Positions 61,545 to 64,000 of a stretch of DNA of 64,000 bases are shown here, piece by piece. The position numbers were made by a program, and so were the translations under genes. This stretch comes from a candidate division WOR-3 bacterium (GTDB lineage: Bacteria; Hydrothermota; Hydrothermia; LBFQ01). Below the pieces are notes generated by a model. The model saw only the letters and a list, made by a program, of their open reading frames with translations. It ran no database searches and was not told the origin of the DNA. How positions within the stretch are numbered: the stretch's first letter is position 1; each line of letters opens with the position of its first letter. The stretch is taken from contig JBDRWW010000004.1 in the NCBI GenBank assembly GCA_039802605.1, positions 32,001 to 96,000 of the forward strand, written 5' to 3'.

Positions 61545-62382
61545 CCGCTATTAGGTTGAGAGCATACTGCAATGCCCTTGTGGGGTAAAACTTTGAGAAG
61601 TCCGAAGGTTCAACCTTCCAACATTCCCCAACCCTTCTAATTTCAAACCAAACCTTATGTAGGAGTTTATCCTCGGAAATAATCCCCTTTATCAACATAA
61701 AATCGCCGCATACAAAGGTTTCCTTAACCACAAAGTGGGAACCATCCGGCAAAACATAATCACCGCTCAAATCCTTGATTTTAATCCATTTTAACTTTGG
61801 AATGTTCAACTCCGTTTCGGGTATTTTAAAGTCGCACACCTTTTCCAAAAAGAATACCGCCTCGTATATACTCTTCCCCATTTCCCTCCATTTCCTCTCA
61901 TACTTTGTACCGAATTCCCTATAACTTTCTGAAACATAACCCCACCAGCACCCGCTTTTAATAGCGTTATCGTAAAACCACATCAAAGCGGGAAGGTGGT
62001 CGGAAACTATTGATACTTGGCCATCGGATTTTACCCTTAATGTCAATAATCTCCAAAAATCCTCCGAAAATATCCTTTTATGAGTATGCCTCTTTTTTGG
62101 CCAAGGGTCTGGAAACAGGGAATAAACCCTGTGGAATTTTAAATTCTTAGCCCCAAACATCAAGAAAGGCCATACATCCCCCCAAACCAAAATTACATTG
62201 CTAAAATTCCTAAGCCTCTTTGAGGCCCTCTTTATTGATTGCCACGATACATCCACACCTATGTAGGTTATGTTTGGGTTTTGACCCGCCAAAAACTTTA
62301 TAAACTCTCCATTCCCGCAGCCTATTTCCAACTCTATGTTTCCCGAGATTGCCAATTCATCCGATGCAATCCTTATTTCCAT
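61528..62382 (-). CDS. trmB: tRNA (guanine-N7)-methyltransferase with a C-terminal extension
   Basis: LEIGCGNG, FPDPWPKKRH, TKYERKW. Confidence 0.92.
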   Translation of the reverse strand: MEIRIASDELAISGNIELEIGCGNGEFIKFLAGQNPNITYIGVDVSWQSIKRASKRLRNFSNVILVWGDVWPFLMFGAKNLKFHRVYSLFPDPWPKKRHTHKRIFSEDFWRLLTLRVKSDGQVSIVSDHLPALMWFYDNAIKSGCWWGYVSESYREFGTKYERKWREMGKSIYEAVFFLEKVCDFKIPETELNIPKLKWIKIKDLSGDYVLPDGSHFVVKETFVCGDFMLIKGIISEDKLLHKVWFEIRRVGECWKVEPSDFSKFYPTRALQYALNLIADEISR

Positions 62383-63302
62383 TTTATGTCCCTTATTATC
62401 CCTTCAAGCCTCAAAATTAACCCCAACTTGTTGTTTGATTCCGGGGCATAAACCCCCGCATCTATCAAATAAAACTTCCCATTATTGTTAAATGCGTATG
62501 TTAAAAATGGCCCACCCACAAGTAAGCTGTCGTTTTTCCAAATCCCGTAAATCTTCAAAACCGAAATGCCGTCCAAGTAATCGGATACGGAATATGAGTA
62601 TTCCCTAAGGGCTACATCCCCTTTATAAATTTCGGATGTTAAGCTATCCCTAATATCCAAAACCCTATCAAAATTCAATTCATCTTCCTCCTTAACAAAA
62701 AACAGGATAAACCTATCCGGATTGTGTTTGTTTATAACCAAAACATCCTTTGATTCGTAATACACATTCCAACCCTTGGGTATGGGAATGTAAAACCCAA
62801 ACTTATCCTTAACCTTTTTCCTCAAACCCATATCCACCCCAACCATCAACTCCACATTTGAAACCTCTTTTAGCATTTTGTAGTTTAAACTGTCAAATAT
62901 ACCCTGTATGTTATCGGAAACCAATCTTAGCGAAGTCCTGCTATCATAGGCGCAAAACATAACGACAAAATCCCCCTTAGCAAATATGTCCCTACGGATG
63001 AACACGCCCTCTTCTTTGTTGCATAAATCCCAAAGGGAATCGTTGGGAAGGAGGAATATTATTTTGTTGCGATAATCCTGATAAACCTTAAAATTTTCCC
63101 ATTTTATTGGATGGATTTTGAAAAGGGTTTCCGGCTGTGGGGTATTATAAACCCTTATGAAGTATTTGTAAACCGCACCTGCGGCGAATTTGCTATCCTC
63201 CGAATAAGCCAAAACCACTTCCCTACTCGTCCCCTTAACAAACCCCCCACCCTTACCACAGGCAAAAATAAAGGGTAAAATTAACAGAAACCTACCCAAC
63301 AT
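62373..63302 (-). CDS. DUF4837-like lipoprotein
   Basis: Start at ATG 63302 gives lipobox IFAC; TPQPE, RDSL, GIW, GGPF, YAP motifs. Confidence 0.7.
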   Translation of the reverse strand: MLGRFLLILPFIFACGKGGGFVKGTSREVVLAYSEDSKFAAGAVYKYFIRVYNTPQPETLFKIHPIKWENFKVYQDYRNKIIFLLPNDSLWDLCNKEEGVFIRRDIFAKGDFVVMFCAYDSRTSLRLVSDNIQGIFDSLNYKMLKEVSNVELMVGVDMGLRKKVKDKFGFYIPIPKGWNVYYESKDVLVINKHNPDRFILFFVKEEDELNFDRVLDIRDSLTSEIYKGDVALREYSYSVSDYLDGISVLKIYGIWKNDSLLVGGPFLTYAFNNNGKFYLIDAGVYAPESNNKLGLILRLEGIIRDIKWK

Positions 63303-64000
63303 CACACCACTTGCCTTAAAGCGTCTATTGGTTTCATCTTTGCGGAAATAGAAGAGGGTATATAGGCCGCAATCCAAGAAATGAAAATCGTTAAAATGGT
63401 TATAATAATCCAATCCGTTAGTTCGGGTTTTACGGGTACATAGTTCAACATATATACATCGGGTGGGAGTTTAACCAGTTTGTATTTATCCACAAAGTAA
63501 GAAATAGCCCATCCAAAAGCGGAACCCACTATCAGCCCCGCAATACCCAACAAAACCCCAACCGTTGTAAAGGTCCATGTTATCTGCCGCGATGTGAATC
63601 CCAGGGATTTTAAAAGCCCTATCTCCCACCTCTTTTCAAGCGTAAGCATCGTTATTGATACCACAACATTTATCGCCGCTATTAAGAGTATTAGCGCAAA
63701 TGATAGGAACATAGCGAGTCTTTCCATATTTAAGGCGGTAAATAGGGTTCTGTTTAGGGTTATCCAAGAAGAGCAACCAAAACCCAAATCGTAAACCCTT
63801 TTACACATCTCGTTTGCTTTATAGGGATCTGAAATATACCCGAATATCACGGGTGCTTCCTTATCCCCGAGGCCGAACAACTTTCTCGCAAGCTCAATAT
63901 CCATTATAACCGTTTGGGCGTCATAAACATACAATCCCGTTGAGAACACCCCAACAACCTTAACCCTTTTGGGGACTAGGTTTGAACCAAAGGGGGTTTT
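63302..64000 (-). CDS. LolC/E-family ABC transporter permease (5'-truncated by window edge)
   Basis: LFTALNMER, EKRWEIGLLKSLG, LPPDVY, YIPS..SAKMKPIDALR. Confidence 0.9.
   Translation of the reverse strand, partial: KTPFGSNLVPKRVKVVGVFSTGLYVYDAQTVIMDIELARKLFGLGDKEAPVIFGYISDPYKANEMCKRVYDLGFGCSSWITLNRTLFTALNMERLAMFLSFALILLIAAINVVVSITMLTLEKRWEIGLLKSLGFTSRQITWTFTTVGVLLGIAGLIVGSAFGWAISYFVDKYKLVKLPPDVYMLNYVPVKPELTDWIIITILTIFISWIAAYIPSSISAKMKPIDALRQVV

Noticed and set aside
1..64000. CRISPR array, rRNA or tRNA genes
   Set aside because: No regularly spaced repeats, tRNA T-arm signatures or rRNA-like segments seen; nearly all sequence is accounted for by CDS

Overview
Gene-dense bacterial chromosome segment with about 60 CDS and many ATGA/TGATG overlaps. 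It comes from an AT-rich diderm that is probably thermophilic. Lys/Glu/Ile-rich proteins, Omp85, LolC/E and T9SS-like C-terminal tails would fit a WOR-3/FCB-type lineage, which is an inference. Most genes are housekeeping: proS, trpS, thrS, hppA, ispG, manC, queE, dcd, truA, pnp, rpsO, yebC-ruvC-ruvA, deoC, fumC, sua5 and trmB. Five features stand out. (1) A 6.8 kb AT-rich two-gene cassette at 23098-29860, flanked by gene remnants, encodes a sacsin-type GHKL ATPase and a translationally coupled UPF1/DNA2-like SF1 helicase. Both proteins are very Asn/Gln-rich, and the pair is a candidate uncharacterised defence system. (2) Nearly every operon-first gene has a TAnAAT -10 box 6-11 nt before its start codon, implying near-universal leaderless transcription. 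(3) Many predicted exported or outer-membrane proteins carry only a 7-9 residue 'MI-hydrophobic' N-terminus in place of a classical signal peptide. (4) A 6S-like structured RNA candidate follows proS. (5) Tandem duplicates of Uma2 and DUF5618-like genes are being eroded by internal deletions. I saw no tRNA, rRNA, CRISPR array, transposase or integrase.
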